Positions 1 to 14,200 of a DNA stretch of 64,000 nt are shown piece by piece. A program made the translations under genes and the position numbers. How positions within the stretch are numbered: position 1 is the stretch's first letter; every line of letters starts with the position of its first letter. The notes under the pieces were generated by a model. It saw only the letters and a list, made by a program, of their open reading frames with translations, was not told where the DNA came from and did not search any database. The DNA is from Anthoceros angustus (Eukaryota > Plantae > Anthocerotophyta). Location: assembly GCA_010909165.1 (NCBI GenBank), contig VJWM01000203.1:248001-312000 (forward strand), written 5' to 3'.

Positions 1-600
1 CAATTCGCATTCAAATATCCTGCAACATTGTAACACCGACAATGTTGCAGCAACGAGAATCCATTCATGAGAAAGAATGCAGTTATGCCCTTACCATGCA
101 ACCACCAGCATACGTGCAAGCCTGCTGTACTTCAGTCACGAATTCTTGCCAAACGTCTCATACCCAGGCAAAGATAGTCGCATGTGCTAGAAATCCTGAA
201 AAAGAACGGGTAGTAGAGTGTCGGTTGCTGGATCAGCAACGTCCCAATTTTGCTGGATTATGCAGCCCGTCGGAGAGATTGGCCATGGACATGGCTAGAG
301 TCATCCAGTCAAGTCTTCTACCGCTCAACTACAGTCTTCAACCTGGTTTCAGCTTCGAGCTTTGTAGGCTGCCGCACTTAGCACAATGGATGTAAAGCTT
401 CGAGAGTCTGAGTGAGGGACCCCAGCAGCAAGCAGCACTTTCGGATGTTGACTTGCCTGACCAGCAGAGTGGAGTTGGGTGTAAAGCGGCGGACTCAGAT
501 GACACCGAGCCTTCGTTGCACAAAAACTCTGCACCCGAAGGGCGTGTGAACTCCGAGACTCTGCACTCACAGCTCACAAGTCACTGAATGACGAAGAGGT
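1..600 (-). pseudogene. Degenerate COR-region fragment of a TORNADO1-like LRR-Roc-COR gene
   Basis: Bases 1-146 nearly match 63857-64000, which lies in the TORNADO1-like copy at the window end. The minus strand gives KLGRC..TLYYPFFFR, loosely resembling YLGRRLQC..TFLGPGFF at ~18170-18240. Many stops. Confidence 0.5.
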
Positions 601-1224
601 ATGATTCCCAGCTAGGGCAGAGCTGGGAGGGATCTTCCAGTCTCATCAGCATGCATGAATGGCCAGTAACGACATCGTGCCCTGCTCCCTGCATTGTGCC
701 TGCTTGCAAGCTGCAGGGAATGGTGGATTCTGCATGAGATGGTGAGGCATATGCCAGTGTGGATTAGGGTGTTGCAGGTGGTTGCAGCCAGGTTGTCAAG
801 GTTCCGATTCGGATTAGCATATGCTACCTTGGTGTGCACGTCTTGTGAGCAACTGCACCGCATCGGCTTGCTCCTCACCTGGCTGCAACAGGCGGGTGGG
901 GATGGTTGCGAAACGAAAGATGATCCTCGAGTCCCCAGCTTCTCCGAAGTGGAAACCAAGCTTCTTAGGGTAAAGTATGTACTTAAGTCATTAGGTTGCG
1001 GATACGGCATCACCTAGCACCTAATTTGCTGCCTTGAGTCGAGGAGATGACTCTCCTTTTCCTGACTTGGTCCATCCCTTTGCCTGCAGGGATTCCAGGA
1101 ACAGAACAGAGAATGGATGGAGGAAGTCCGGTGCGAAGCCAGTCTTATCCCGTTCGGGGCGTGGACGTTTCCCACGCGTTCGCCACAGAGACCACCTTTT
1201 ACATCGCTGAGAAGCACAGTGTAG

Positions 1225-1340
1225 CACGGCGGACGAGGCCAAGGACTGGCGCGCTCTGCCGGCTCGGCGGCGGCGGCTGCTGGACTGCCTGGCCCGGAAT
1301 GATTTGGGCCGTCTACCCCGTATTGAAGAGGATGAACGGT
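1225..1340 (+). pseudogene. Short 5' fragment of a TORNADO1-like gene
   Basis: A frame not in the ORF track reads DEAKDWRALPARRRRLLDCLARNDLGRLPRIEE, matching the N-terminus of 19382-20851 (EAEDWRALPVQLQQLLLDLGRNALPELPDLHIVEE). Confidence 0.65.
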
Positions 1341-1379
1341 TTTGTGCGTGTTGCTGTCTTCCTACACACAAGGCTGCCA

Positions 1380-1640
1380 CATTTTCACATGCATGCTAGA
1401 GCACACAAATGTCACGGAATTGGGTACAACCATGCCTTCCTGACATCCTTCTGTTCGAGAACCTCGAGACAAGAACCTCGAGACAATAGCTGATAGAATT
1501 GCAGGGGTCGAACCTCCCCAGCCCTCTTGCTGACGACTTGGCCTCCCTGAAACTGTCATCAATCCTGTGAAGTGCGCGGTTGGCCCCTGCTGCGGTTGCT
1601 CCTGATGCTTCTGTTGACGCTGTGGTGAACATGACAATTC
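1380..1640 (-). pseudogene. Degenerate PPR motif remnant
   Basis: The minus strand reads QEGMVVPNSVTFVC. About 150 bp are shared with 14310-14460. Confidence 0.55.
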
Positions 1641-2272
1641 GAGGATGATGTACTAGTTAAGCCTTAGAAAGAAGGAGAGAAGGAGAGAAAGCTGTGGGTT
1701 CCTTGGGTCTCGAGAGGAACGATGATAGATAGAGGCCTAGGACAATCCGCTGAAATTTGTATAGGGAGAAAAATTGTGGGTTCCTTAGGCCTCGTTCAGG
1801 GAGAAAAAGTTGTGGGTTCCTTGGACCTCGAGTGGGAATGATGTTAGACTGAGGAGAAAAGTCGTGGGCTTCTTGGGTCTCAATGGGAATGGGAATGGGA
1901 ATAGGAATGAGACGATCAGTAGGAATAGGAATTGGTAGATACCGATACACATATATAGGGAGAAAATAACCATGGCTTCCTTGGGCCTCGGCATTACGGC
2001 CATCCAGTATCGACCTTGGGCCTCAGGGTTGTGCCAGTGGTAGACAACCTCCCACATTCGAACGAACTTTGGTAGGAAGTGTTCTGCTGATCACTCCGGA
2101 TGGGGACCGGATCATAAACCCTCTATGTATGAGCTTCATGAACCAAAGTACATAAATTTGCAACTTCAAACAGAAAGAAAGGAAAGCGCAGTTTGGAGAA
2201 GCCGGAAGATGGAAGAATGTGATGTGAGACGAGGGAAAAGGGCTCAGAGCTTGAGATGGTGCAGGAGCTCCT

Positions 2273-5200
2273 GTGGAGATCGTTTTGAGGACTCGACAAG
2301 GACAATTTGGTGTGTTAATAGGCAGAAGAGATATCGTTCAACCGACATGGATTTTGTCGAGCAACGGGGCCGTCAGTAGCAGCAGTAGCAGGAGCAGCAG
2401 TAGCATTAGCAGGAGCAGCAATAGCAGGAGCAGGAGCAGGAGCAGGAGCAGCAGCAGCAGCAGCAGTAGCACTCTTGCAAGGAAGGTTAAAGCTCGTCCA
2501 GATCAATGTTTGGCTGGAAAAGCATCTGGTTTGCGACTAGAGGTTTTGATGGATCAGACACTTGGATGGAATACCGGGGCACATACTCATACTGGAAGCC
2601 TCCATGAAGTCCTCTGGCTAAACGATGGCCACTACCACAAGCCAGCCGGCGGAGATGAGAAGCTGGCTGGTTTGGATGTGCACATGGGCACTACATCCAG
2701 CTCCAGCTTGCCGGATGATCCTGCCCCTCACAGGCCTGCAGGATGCGGAAGGGGCGTTGCGGCGGAAACCGTGAGGAGACTATGTCATGATGGCCATCTC
2801 AGTCAGGCTGTTGAGGCTTTGGGTCTTCTGGTGCAGACGGATGGTTGCATTTCGAAACCTCTTTTCTATGCTGTTCTCAAGAATTGTGTGGACACAAAGG
2901 ACCTCGTTCTAGGTCGCCGTGTCCATGCGTTCACCGTGGAAGCGGGGTACGAGTCGGACACGTTCCTGTGCAACCACATCCTGCGCTTGTATGCTTCTCT
3001 TGGGAGGTTGCAAGATGCCATGGATGTGTTCGACTCTGTTGCCGAACCGGATGCATTCATGTGGTCATCCATAATCTCTGCCCATGTTCGACAAGGAGAA
3101 GCTGCAGAGGCCATACAACTCTATCAGCGCATGATGTGCACATCACTTGTGAAGCCAGACAGTCATGTCTTTGTAGCAGCTCTGCAGGCTTGTGCAAGGG
3201 AGCAGACTTGACAACGGGGAAGCAGGTGCATGCTCATGCGGTTGCCACTGGTGTTGGCTCTGATTTGTTTGTTTGTAATGGTTTGGTGGACATGTATGCA
3301 AAGTGTGGCAGCTTGGAAGATGCTTATAGAGTGTTTATCAGACTTGGTCGAAAAGATGTAGTAACGTGGAATGCCATGATAGCAGGATATTCTCAACAGG
3401 GCATGGGTCAAGAAGCCCTGCAGGTTTACTGTGCTATGCAAGACCAAAGCATCATTGCACCCAATTCCATGACATTTGCATGCCTCCTGCAGGCATGTGC
3501 AAGTTTAGGGCCCTGTCTTTGAAGAAGGGGATGCGGCTTCACGCAGAGATGGTGGAACGAAAAGTTCAAATGGATGTGGTTGTCGGCTGCAGTCTGGTAA
3601 ACATGTATGTAAAGTGTGGCACTCTTCAGGATGCTCAGTGTGTGTTTAATAGTCTTAATCAGAAAAATGTGGCCACTTGGAATGCCATGATAGCAGGATA
3701 TTCCCAGAAGGGAATGGGTCAAGAAGCGATTCGTGTTTACAGTGCTATGCAAGAAGAAGGAAAAGTTGCACCTGATACTGTGACGTTTGTGTGCCTGTTT
3801 CAGGCTTGTGCAAGCATGGGAACCCCAGCTTGGAAAGGGGTAAGCAGCTTCATGCAAAGATCGGCGACCAAAGGCTTCAGGTCAACATGTTACTGGTTAA
3901 CAGTTTGATAAACATGTATGCAAAGTGTGGCAGCTTGGAAGATGCTCAAAGAGTGTTTGACAGACTCCATCAGAAAAACGTGGCGACCTGGAATGCCATG
4001 ATAACAGGTTATTCCCACAAGGGCATGGGTCAGACAGCTCTTGACCTTCACAGTGCCATGCAACAAGAAGGCCTGGTTGTACCCGATTCTGTAACATTTG
4101 TGTGCCTCCTGCATGCATGTGCAAGTCTGGGCAGCCCAGCTTTGGACAAGGGAATGCAGCTCCATGCACAGATTGAAGAAGAAGGACTTCAACGGGACAT
4201 GGTTGTAGGCTGCAGCCTCGTCAACATGTATGTGAAGTGTGGCAGCCTACAGGATGCCCACATTGTCTTCGACAGACTTAGTCAAAAGATGTTGTGACAT
4301 GGAATGCCTTGATAGCAGGATATTCCCAGCAGGACATGGGTCAGGAAGCGCTTTGTCTTTACAGTGCCATGCTGGAAGAAGGAATCGTTTCACCTGATTC
4401 TGTGACATTTGTGTGCCTGCTGCAAGCCTGTGCAAGTGTGGGAACTCTGGCTTTGGAACAGGGAAGCAGCTTCATGCACAAATTGTAGAACAAGGACTGC
4501 TAGCTGACGCAGTTGTAGGTGGCAGCCTGGTAAATATGTATGCAAAGTGTGGCAGCCTCGAGAATGCTGAGACAGTATTCAACAGACTTCAGAAAAAGGA
4601 TGCGGTGACATGGACCTCTTTGATAGCAGGGTACTGCCAGCGGGGCTTGGGCCAGGAAGCCCTTTCCTGTACACTGCCATGCAACAAGAGGGTGTGGCTG
4701 CAGCAACTTCTGTGACATTCGTGTGCCTCCTTCAGGCATGTGCCATCCTGGGATTCTTGGCTCTGGACAAGGGAAGGAACTTCATGCTCAGATTAAGGAA
4801 CAAGGCCTTGAAGCTGATCTGACCGTAGGCAACAATTTGATAAACATGTACACAAAATGTGGAAGCCTGGGGATGCGCAGAGCGTGTTTGATAGACTTGG
4901 TCAGAAAGATGTGGTGACATGGAATGTAATGATTGCAGGATATTCCCATCTAGGCATGGTTGAGGAAGCCCTTTGTCTTTACAGTGCGATGCGAAACAAA
5001 GGCATTGGTCCACCTGATTCTGTGACATTTTCGTGTCTCCTGCAGGCCTGTGCAAGTGTAGGTACCACGGCCCTGGAGAAGGAAGCAGCTTCATTGGCAG
5101 ATTGAAGAACGAGAACTGGAAGCTGATGTGGTTGTAGGTTGCAGCCTAGTGAGCATGTATGCAAAGTGTGGCAGCCTAGAGGATGCTCAGAGCGTGTTGA

Positions 5201-6242
5201 CAGGCTTCCCGAAAGAACAGTGGTGACTTGGAATGCCATCATAGCAGGATACTCCCAGCAGGGCAAGTGTCAGGAAGCCCTTCGTCTGTACAGCCTTATG
5301 CAGCAAGAAAGCACCATTTCTCCTGATTGTGTCACATTGTCTGCATTCTGCAAGCCTGTGCAGGAGTGGCAGCGTTGCATGTGGGAAGGAAGCTGCATGC
5401 GGAGATAAAAGAACAAGGGCTTCAAGCTGATGCGTCTGTAGCCATCAGTTTGATAAACATGTATTCAAGTCCGGCAGCATGGGTGATGCACAACAGGTGT
5501 TTGATGCATTGCTGGAAAGAGACATTGTCGCCTGGAATGCACTGATTGCTGGATACACTCGTCTAGGAGACAGTGAACTGGTCATTGGGTTGATTCACAA
5601 AATGAGAGAGGATGGATTACAGCCAGATGGCATCACGTTTCTTAGTGTAATAGCAGTCTGCAGTCATGCGGGTCTAGTGGATAAGGGACAAGAATACTTT
5701 GAGACTATGATCAGGCAATATGGCATCACTCCCACCATGCAGCACTACTCATGCTTGGTTGATCTGCTAGGCCGGGCTGGCCAACTGAATGAGGCACTTG
5801 CGGTGGTTAGGACAATGCCAGTACAGCCTCAAGCTGCAGTTTGGCACACTCTGTTGGGTGCTTGTCGAAAGTGGAGCAATGTGGAGGTGGCATCCCATGC
5901 TTTCCACGAAGCAGTAAAGCTTGATGAAAAGATTCTGCAGCATATGTTCTGATGTCCAACATATATATTGGTGCCCAGTTGTGGGAGGAAGCGCAGGAGA
6001 TGCAGGTAAGAAGGAAAGGAGTCAGGGCATGGAAGCAGCCGGGCCACAGCTCGTGGACAGACGGAGATGGTCTGGTTCATAGTTTTCTGGTCGGGGATAA
6101 AAAGCATCCTGAGAGTGACGGCATATATGCAAGGTTGAAACAGCTTGTTCCCGAAACGAAAAAGCAAGGGTATGTGCCACATCTGGACTCATCATGGGAC
6201 ATATCTGATGACGAGGACGAAGCATTTCTGGTGGAGGGTTGA
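2273..6242 (+). pseudogene. PLS-class PPR RNA-editing-factor gene A (E1/E2, PG box, truncated DYW start), frameshifted
   Basis: Repeated motifs LVNMYAKCGSLEDA..VF / VVTWNAMIAGYSQQGMGQEAL / PDSVTFVCLLQACAS across the ORFs. Then PTMQHYSCLVDLLGRAGQLNEA, VWHTLLGACRKW, KQPGHSSWTD..VHSFLVGDKKHP and GYVPHLD. No HxE or CxxC seen afterwards. Confidence 0.9.
2372..2470. repeat. AGC-based microsatellite (AGCAGT/AGCAGG)
   Basis: Direct reading: agcagcagtagcaggagcagcagtagcattagcaggagcagc... Confidence 0.9.
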
Positions 6243-6807
6243 AAATTTTCAACAGAATCATTGATACCTCGGTTTCACATATCATCTGACAAGAGGTACG
6301 TCGCAGTCTGTACATTTTCACGGCTTGAAAAGTTCTGATATTGGAGTCTCGAAGTGGACACTGTATGCAACCCCGTCACTAAGATGGGGCTTGATCAGAA
6401 TTGAAGCTATCAATTGGATGTATACAATGGAAATAGTTGCAAAATCAATGTTTCGATTGTAAACACATTTCCAACAGATTCTGTGCACCTTGCATTCGGA
6501 TTGCCATTAAGCGGCATGCAAGGTCTCCATAGTTTCTGCAGCATCAAATACAGAAGGATCAGTTACGGTGGAGCATGACCCAAGTCTTGTCTGATCAAAG
6601 GTTGCAATTAGGCTGTAAAGGGGCTTACATCTTGGGTTCCTGTGATTCAATGTGTTGGTCCGGCCCTTCCTGCCACGGTGTTCGTTCCTCCACGTGTTCA
6701 GCATTCATACATGTGCTTGTCACGGAGCAGCTCGGGGGCTGGCAATGCTGTCAGCCTGCACCTGGGTATTCATTCACAGATCCCGGTCCCGTTTACGGCA
6801 ACCAGGT

Positions 6808-8186
6808 CCTGCAAGGCAGAAACGCTTCCTCTCCAACATCAGACATTTCCTCCAAAGACAAGTCCAGGTGTGGTACATAACCTTCTCTCTGCATTCTGGA
6901 GACCAGCTGTTCCAGGCTTGCATATATTACGTCACTCTCAGGATGCTCCTTATCCCCAACCATAAAAGTGTGCACCACCCTTCCATGTCTGTCCACCCGC
7001 TCTGGCCTGCCTGCTTCCATGCCCCGATTCCCGTCCTTCTTGCCTGCATCTCCAAAGCCTCTTCCCACATCTGAGCACCGGTGTATATGTTCGACATCAA
7101 CACATATGCTGCGGCATCTTTGTCGTCTAACTTCACTGCTTCATGGAAAGCATAGCGTCCCACCTCAACATTGCTCCACTTTTGACAAGCATTCAGTAAA
7201 GTGTGCCAAACTGCAGCGTCGGGGACTACGGGCATTGATCTTGCCCATGATAGTGCCTCGTCGAGTTGGCCTGCTCGACCCAGGAGATCCACCATGCAAG
7301 TGTAGTGCTCGGCTCTAGGAGGGATGCTGTACTGTCGCCTCATCACCTCGAAGTTCTCTCGCCCCTTGTGCACAAGACCCGCATGGCTGCATACTGTGAG
7401 CACACTGAGGAATGTGACCTCGTCTGGCTGTATGCCATCCTCTCTCATTCTGCGAACCAAGTCAAAGACCACTACACTGTCTCCATGCCGGGCATTCCTG
7501 CAAGGCAGAAACGCTTCCTCTCCAACATCAGACATTTCCTCCAAAGACAAGTCCAGGTGTGGTACATAACCTTCTCTCTGCATTCTGGAGACCAGCTGTT
7601 CCAGGCTTGCATATATTACGTCACTCTCAGGATGCTCCTTATCCCCAACCATAAAAGTGTGCACCACCCTTCCATGTCTGTCCACCCGCTCTGGCCTGCC
7701 TGCTTCCATGCCCCGATTCCCGTCCTTCTTGCCTGCATCTCCAAAGCCTCTTCCCACATCTGAGCACCGGTGTATATGTTCGACATCAACACATATGCTG
7801 CGGCATCTTTGTCGTCTAACTTCACTGCTTCATGGAAAGCATAGCGTCCCACCTCAACATTGCTCCACTTTTGACAAGCATTCAGTAAAGTGTGCCAAAC
7901 TGCAGCGTCGGGGACTACGGGCATTGATCTTGCCCATGATAGTGCCTCGTCGAGTTGGCCTGCTCGACCCAGGAGATCCACCATGCAAGTGTAGTGCTCG
8001 GCTCTAGGAGGGATGCTGTACTGTCGCCTCATCACCTCGAAGTTCTCTCGCCCCTTGTGCACAAGACCCGCATGGCTGCATACTGTGAGCACACTGAGGA
8101 ATGTGACCTCGTCTGGCTGTATGCCATCCTCTCTCATTCTGCGAACCAAGTCAAAGACCACTACACTGTCTCCATGCCGGGCATTC
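6808..8186. repeat. Tandem duplication, 689-bp unit
   Basis: cctgcaaggcagaaacgc occurs at ~6808 and ~7497, and ORF pairs are offset by 689 (6968/7657, 7266/7955). Junction microhomology CCTGCAA. Confidence 0.9.
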
Positions 8187-8560
8187 CCTGCAATCAGTGC
8201 GTTCCAGGCGACTACATCTCTTTGGGTAATGCATCAAACACCTGTTGTGCATCAACCATGCTCCCAGACTTTGCATACATGTTGATCAAACTGATCGCTA
8301 CAAACTCATCAGCTTGAAGCCCTTGTTCATCAATCTCAACATGAAGCTGCCTTCCCAGATGCAAAGCTGCCACATTCGAGCATGCCTGCAGGAGGCACAC
8401 AAATGTCACTGAATTGGGTGCAACGATGCCTTCTTCTTGCATAGCACTGTAAACACTAAGGGCCTTCTGACCCATGCCCTGCTGGGAATATCCTGCTATC
8501 ATGGCATTCCATGTCGCCACATTTTTTTGAGTGAGACAATCAAACACGCCCTGTGCATCA

Positions 8561-10072
8561 TGTAGGCTGCCACACTTTGCGTACATGTTGACCAGGCTGC
8601 AACCTACAACCACGTCAGTCTCAAGCCCTAGATCTCCGACCTGAGCATGAAGCTGCTTCCCCTTCTCTAAAGCTGGGGCGCCCACACTTGCACACGCGTG
8701 CAGGAGGCACACAAAGGTTACGGAGTTGGGTACAGTCATGCCTTCTTCTTGCATCGCATCGTATAGACAAAGAGCTTCCTGGCCCATGCCCTGCTGAGCA
8801 TAACCGGCTATCAGAGCCGTCCAAGTAACCACAGTCTTTTCACCAAGTCCATCAAACACGCCCTGAGCATCCCTTAGGCTGCCACACTTGGCATACATGT
8901 TCACCAAGCTGTTGCCTACCACTACATGATGGTGAAGCCCACGTTCTGAAATCTGCACATGAAGCTGCTTCCCTTCTCCAAAGCTGGAATCCCACACTTG
9001 AACATGCCTGCAAGAGGCACACAAAAGTCACAGAATCAGGCTCGCCCGTGCATTCTTGTTGCATAGCACTGTAAAGACGAAGAGCTTCCTGACCCTTGCC
9101 CTGCTGGGAATACCCTGATATCATGGCATTCCAAGTCACCACATCCTTTCGAGGAAGCCCGTCAAACACGTTCTGAGCGTCTTCCAAACTGCCACACTTC
9201 GCATACATGTCCAGCAGGGAGTTACCAACAAACATGTCACACTCAAGCCCAGTGGCCAACACATGAGCGTGCAGCTGCTGCCCAGTTTTCAAGTCTGCTG
9301 CCCTTGCAGAAGCCTGTAGGCTGCCACACTTTGCGTACATGTTGACCAGGCTGCAACCTACAACCACGTCAGTCTCAAGCCCTAGATCTCCGACCTGAGC
9401 ATGAAGCTGCTTCCCTTCTCTAAAGCTGGGGCGCCCACACTTGCACACGCGTGCAGGAGGCACACAAAGGTTACGGAGTTGGGTACAGTCATGCCTTCTT
9501 CTTGCATCGCATCGTATAGACAAAGAGCTTCCTGGCCCATGCCCTGCTGAGCATAACCGGCTATCAGAGCCGTCCAAGTAACCACAGTCTTTTCACCAAG
9601 TCCATCAAACACGCCCTGAGCATCCCTTAGGCTGCCACACTTGGCATACATGTTCACCAAGCTGTTGCCTACCACTACATGATGGTGAAGCCCACGTTCT
9701 GAAATCTGCACATGAAGCTGCTTCCCTTCTCCAAAGCTGGAATCCCACACTTGAACATGCCTGCAAGAGGCACACAAAAGTCACAGAATCAGGCTCGCCC
9801 GTGCATTCTTGTTGCATAGCACTGTAAAGACGAAGAGCTTCCTGACCCTTGCCCTGCTGGGAATACCCTGATATCATGGCATTCCAAGTCACCACATCCT
9901 TTCGAGGAAGCCCGTCAAACACGTTCTGAGCGTCTTCCAAACTGCCACACTTCGCATACATGTCCAGCAGGAGTTACCAACAAACATGTCACACTCAAGC
10001 CCAGTGGCCAACACATGAGCGTGCAGCTGCTGCCCAGTTTTCAAGTCTGCTGCCCTTGCAGAAGCCTGTAGG
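8561..10072. repeat. Tandem duplication, ~754-bp unit
   Basis: tgtaggctgccacactttgcgtacatg occurs at 8561 and 9315. Junction microhomology TGTAGG(G)CTGCCAC (compare 10068-10081). Confidence 0.9.
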
Positions 10073-11247
10073 GCTGCCACAAACAAATGGCCATCGGGAT
10101 TCACCCTGGACCTGCACATCTGATGATATAGTTGTATTGCCTGCTCGGGTTGCCCGTGTTTAACGTGCGCTGAGATGATAGAAGACCAGGTGAAGGCATC
10201 TGGTTCGGCAACCATGTCAAACACATCCATGGCCTCCTGCAACCTGGCATGAGAAGCATACATTCTCAGGATATGGTTGCACAGGAAGGTGTCCGACTCA
10301 TGCAGCTTTCTCACTGTAAGAGCATGGACACGCCGACCCAAAACCAGATCCTTCTTCACCACACATTTCTTGAGCACACGGTAAAAGAGAGATTGAGGAA
10401 CATGACAGTCTGTGTGCACCAGAAGTCCCAGAGCTTCCACAGCCTCCTTGAGATTGCCCTGCTCACATAGTTTGCTAACGCTCTCAGCTGTTGCTGAAAC
10501 ACCCACAGAAGTCAGCTGCTGTTCACATCTCTTCCCCCAATTTTCCTTTGTCGTTGACGGATCCAGAGGAGGCCCCGCCACCCTGGATGTGAGCGACATT
10601 CTGCGTCTTAGACGCCCATCGTGAGCCAGCTGGGTAAACTCGGAGATGGCCTTGGGCCAGCGGTGGGTGAACGAGCATTTGCTTTCCCGGAGCAGCCTAG
10701 CTCTCCGGCTGTCGCCAGGAAATCTTGAGGCAATGGACGCGAACACTGCACTTTCCGTATGGCCGTCTTGCTCATCTAGATATGGGTACGCATATGAACA
10801 TGAGATATGGAGATGGGTGGTTGTGCCTCCGGCTGGAGCTTGCTGGCTCATGGGATCCTGGGGAACCAACGGGCGTGGCAGTGACGGCACAAAAGAGGAG
10901 GGAGCTATGTCGTGGCGCCCATCTCAATCAGACTGTTGAGGCTTTGGAAGCTCTGCTGCAGGGAGACTGTTGTTTTCCTGTTGCAGACATTCAGACAGAC
11001 AGATTGCTCGGTAGAAGGAACAAACAGGTCGGACCACATGTTTGCTGGGCAAGCTTGGTACTGAAACGAAAGGATCATCACCTGGTGGTGACTGATGGAC
11101 ATCGCACAGGAATGATGTGCAGGAAGCTCGTATGCTCGCATCAAAGAAACGCATCGAATTCCACCTATTCTGCGCTCAGCCAGGCTCGGTGCCGATGGCT
11201 GTCTGGAGCCTTAGAGTTGAGTCAAGCCAAGCGCAACTGGATCGATT

Positions 11248-14200
11248 GTGCGGAAGATCCCCTGCTCCCCCGAGCTCAGGGAACCAACGTTTGGCAAACA
11301 ATTAAGTCGCCAGGTGCGGCACCTTTGTAACAAAGCGGCACCTTCGGCGTGGGAGGATGCGCAAACTGATGGTAGCTTCCCGAAACATCCTAAGCTTCGC
11401 AGATACGAAAGGGGCGTCACGGTAATGGCGGAAACCGTGAACAAGCTATGTCACGAAGGCCATCTCGCTCAGGCTGTTGAGGCTTTGGGAATGCTGGTGC
11501 AGACAGACGATTGCATTTCCAAAGCTCTCTTTTACACTGTTCTTAAAAATGCGTGGACAAGAAGGACCTTTTTCTGGTCGCCGTGTGCATGCTCTCACGG
11601 TGGAAATGGGGTATCAGTCGGACACGTTCCTGTGCAATCACATCCTGCGCATGTATGTTTCTCATGGCAGGTTGCAAGACGCGATGCATGTGTTTGCAGT
11701 GGTTGCCATGCCAGATGCCTTCATGTGGTCCTCCATCATTTCTGCTCATGTTAAACACGGACAAGACAAGCAGGCCATCCAGCTGTATCATCGGATGCGT
11801 AGGTCGAGTGTGAAGCCAGATGCCCATGTATTTGTAGCAGCACTCCAGGCTTGTGCAAGGGGAGCATATTTGACATCTGGGCAGGAGCTGCATTCTGATG
11901 TATTGGCTAGCGGCTTAGGCCATAACTTGTTTGTTTGCAATTCTTGATTAACATGTATGCAAGTGTGGCATCGGGCAGGAAGCCCTGCGTCTTTACAGTG
12001 CTATGCAACAAGAAGGCATCACGGCACCTGATTCTGTGACATTTGTGTGCCTCCTGCAGGCATGTGCAAACCTGGGGAACCCAGCTTAGAGAAGGGAGGC
12101 AGCTCCATGCACAACTGAGAGAAGGAGGACATGAAGCTCATGTGTGTGTGGCCAACAGTTTGGTGAGCATGTATGCAAAGTGTGGCAGCTTGGAAGATGC
12201 TCAAAGAGTGTTTCAAGGACTGCGTGAAAAGAATGTGGTGACATGGAATGCCATGATAGCAGGATATTCCCAACAGGGCATGGGCCAGGATGCACTTCGT
12301 CTTCACAGTGCTATGGAAGAGGAAGGCATCACTACACCTGATTCTGTGACGTTTGTGTGTGCCTTGCAGGCATGTGCAAGTGTCGGTGCCCTGGGTTTAG
12401 ACAAGGGAAGCAGCTTCATGCACAGATTCGAGAACAAGGGCTTCAGACTGACGTGGTTGTAGGTTGCAGCCTGGTTAACATGTATGCAAAGTGTGGCAGC
12501 TTGGAGGCTGCTCAGGTGGTGTTTGATGGGCTGCATCAGAAGAATGTGGTGACCTGGACTTCTCTAATAGGAGGATACTCCCAACACAACATGGGCCAGG
12601 AAGCTCTTGGACTTTACGCTTCTATGCGGCAAGAAGGCATGGCTGTACCAGATTCTGTGACATTTGTGTGCCTCCTCCTGGCATGTGCAAATGTGGGCAC
12701 CCTGGCATTGGACATGGGGAAACATCTGCATGCAGAAGTTCGAGATCAAGGGCTTCAGGGAGATGTGTCTGTAGCTAACAGTTTGGTAAATATGTATGCG
12801 AAGTGTGGAAGCTTGGAAGATGCTCAAAAAGTGTTTGACGAGCTTGGTCAGAAGGATGTAGTGACTTGGACTGCTCTAATTGCAGGGTATTCTCAACAAG
12901 GCATGGGCCAGGAAGGCCTTCTTCTTTACAGTGCTATGCAAGAAGAGGGTGTCGCTGTACCCAGTTCCGTGACATTTATGTACCTCCTGCAGGCATGTGC
13001 CAACGAGGGCACCCCGGCTTTGGAGAAGGGGAGGCAGCTTCATGCGCAAATTAAAGAGCAAGAATTCCACGCTGATGTGCTTGTAGCCAGCTGTTTGGTA
13101 AATATGTATGCAAAGTGTGGTAGCTTAGAGGATGCTCAGAGTGTGTTCGACGGACTGCAATTAAAAGACGTGGTGACATGGAATGCCATGATCGCAGGTT
13201 ATTCTCAGCAGGGCCTGGGTCAGGAAGCCCTCTATCTTTACGGCCGAATGCAAGAGGATGGCACGTCTGTTCCTAATTCCGTGACATTTGTGTGCCTCCT
13301 GCAAGCATGTGCAAATATAGCAGCCCTGCATTTGGGAAGGAATCTACATGCACAGCTTCAAGAACAAGAGCTGCAAGTTGATGTGTCTGTAGCTACCAGC
13401 TTGATAAACATGTATGGGAAGTGTGGGAGCATGGTTAATGCACAGCAAGTGTTTGATGCATTACCACCCGGGAGGGAAGCCGTCTCCTGGAATGCACTGA
13501 TTGCGGGATACACCCGCCAAGGAGACAGCGAAGTGGTCTTTGACTTGGTTCAGAAAATGAGAGAGGAAAGCATACAACCAGACAGCATCACATTCCTTAG
13601 TGTACTAACAGTATGCAGTCATGCGGGTCTAGTGAACAAGGGAAGAGAGTGCTTCGACTTCATGAGCAGTCAGTATGGCATCTGTCCCTCAGTGGAGCAC
13701 CACACATGCCTGGTGGATCTGCTTGGCCGTGCGGGCCGACTGTATGAGGCACTGGCGGTGGTAAGAACAATGCCTGTATTGCCTAATGCTGCAGTTTGGC
13801 ACACTCTGTTGGGTGCTTGTCAAAATGGGGCAACATCGATGTGGAAGCGATGCTTTCGATGAAGCAGTGAAGATAGACGATCAGGATGCCACAGCGTATC
13901 TGTTAATGTCTAATATATACAAGGGTGATCAGATGTGGGAGCAGGCACAGGCGATGCAGGCAAGGCGAATAAAAGTCAGGGCATGGAAGCAGCCTGGGCA
14001 GAGCTGGTGGACAGACATGGCCGGACTGGTGCACAGCTTTGTGGTTGGGGATAGGAAGCAACTCAAAAGAGAAGCGGAGGTGAAACAGCTGGTTCCCAAG
14101 GCAGAAAATGAAGGATATGTTCCGCTTCTGCTGACGGACATACGTGATGGTTGGAGGGGGAATCATTTCTGTGTGGGCACAGCCAGAAGCTGGCAATGAG

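Larger units (their letters stand above)
6793..10890 (-). pseudogene. PLS-class PPR gene B (E domain, truncated DYW start) with two internal tandem duplications
   Basis: ORFs 9889-10890, 8212-9024, 7616-8161 and 6927-7757 carry PLS motifs, then HYTCMVDLLGRAGQLDEA, KQAGQSGWTD, VHTFMVGDKEHP and GYVPHLD. Convergent with gene A. Confidence 0.9.

Noticed and set aside
1645-2115. Purine-rich segment with gtgggttccttgg repeats as a solo LTR
   Set aside because: No convincing inverted termini or TSD found; left unannotated.
3163-13070. Numerous antisense ORFs over the PPR genes
   Set aside because: They are shadow frames of repetitive PPR coding sequence.
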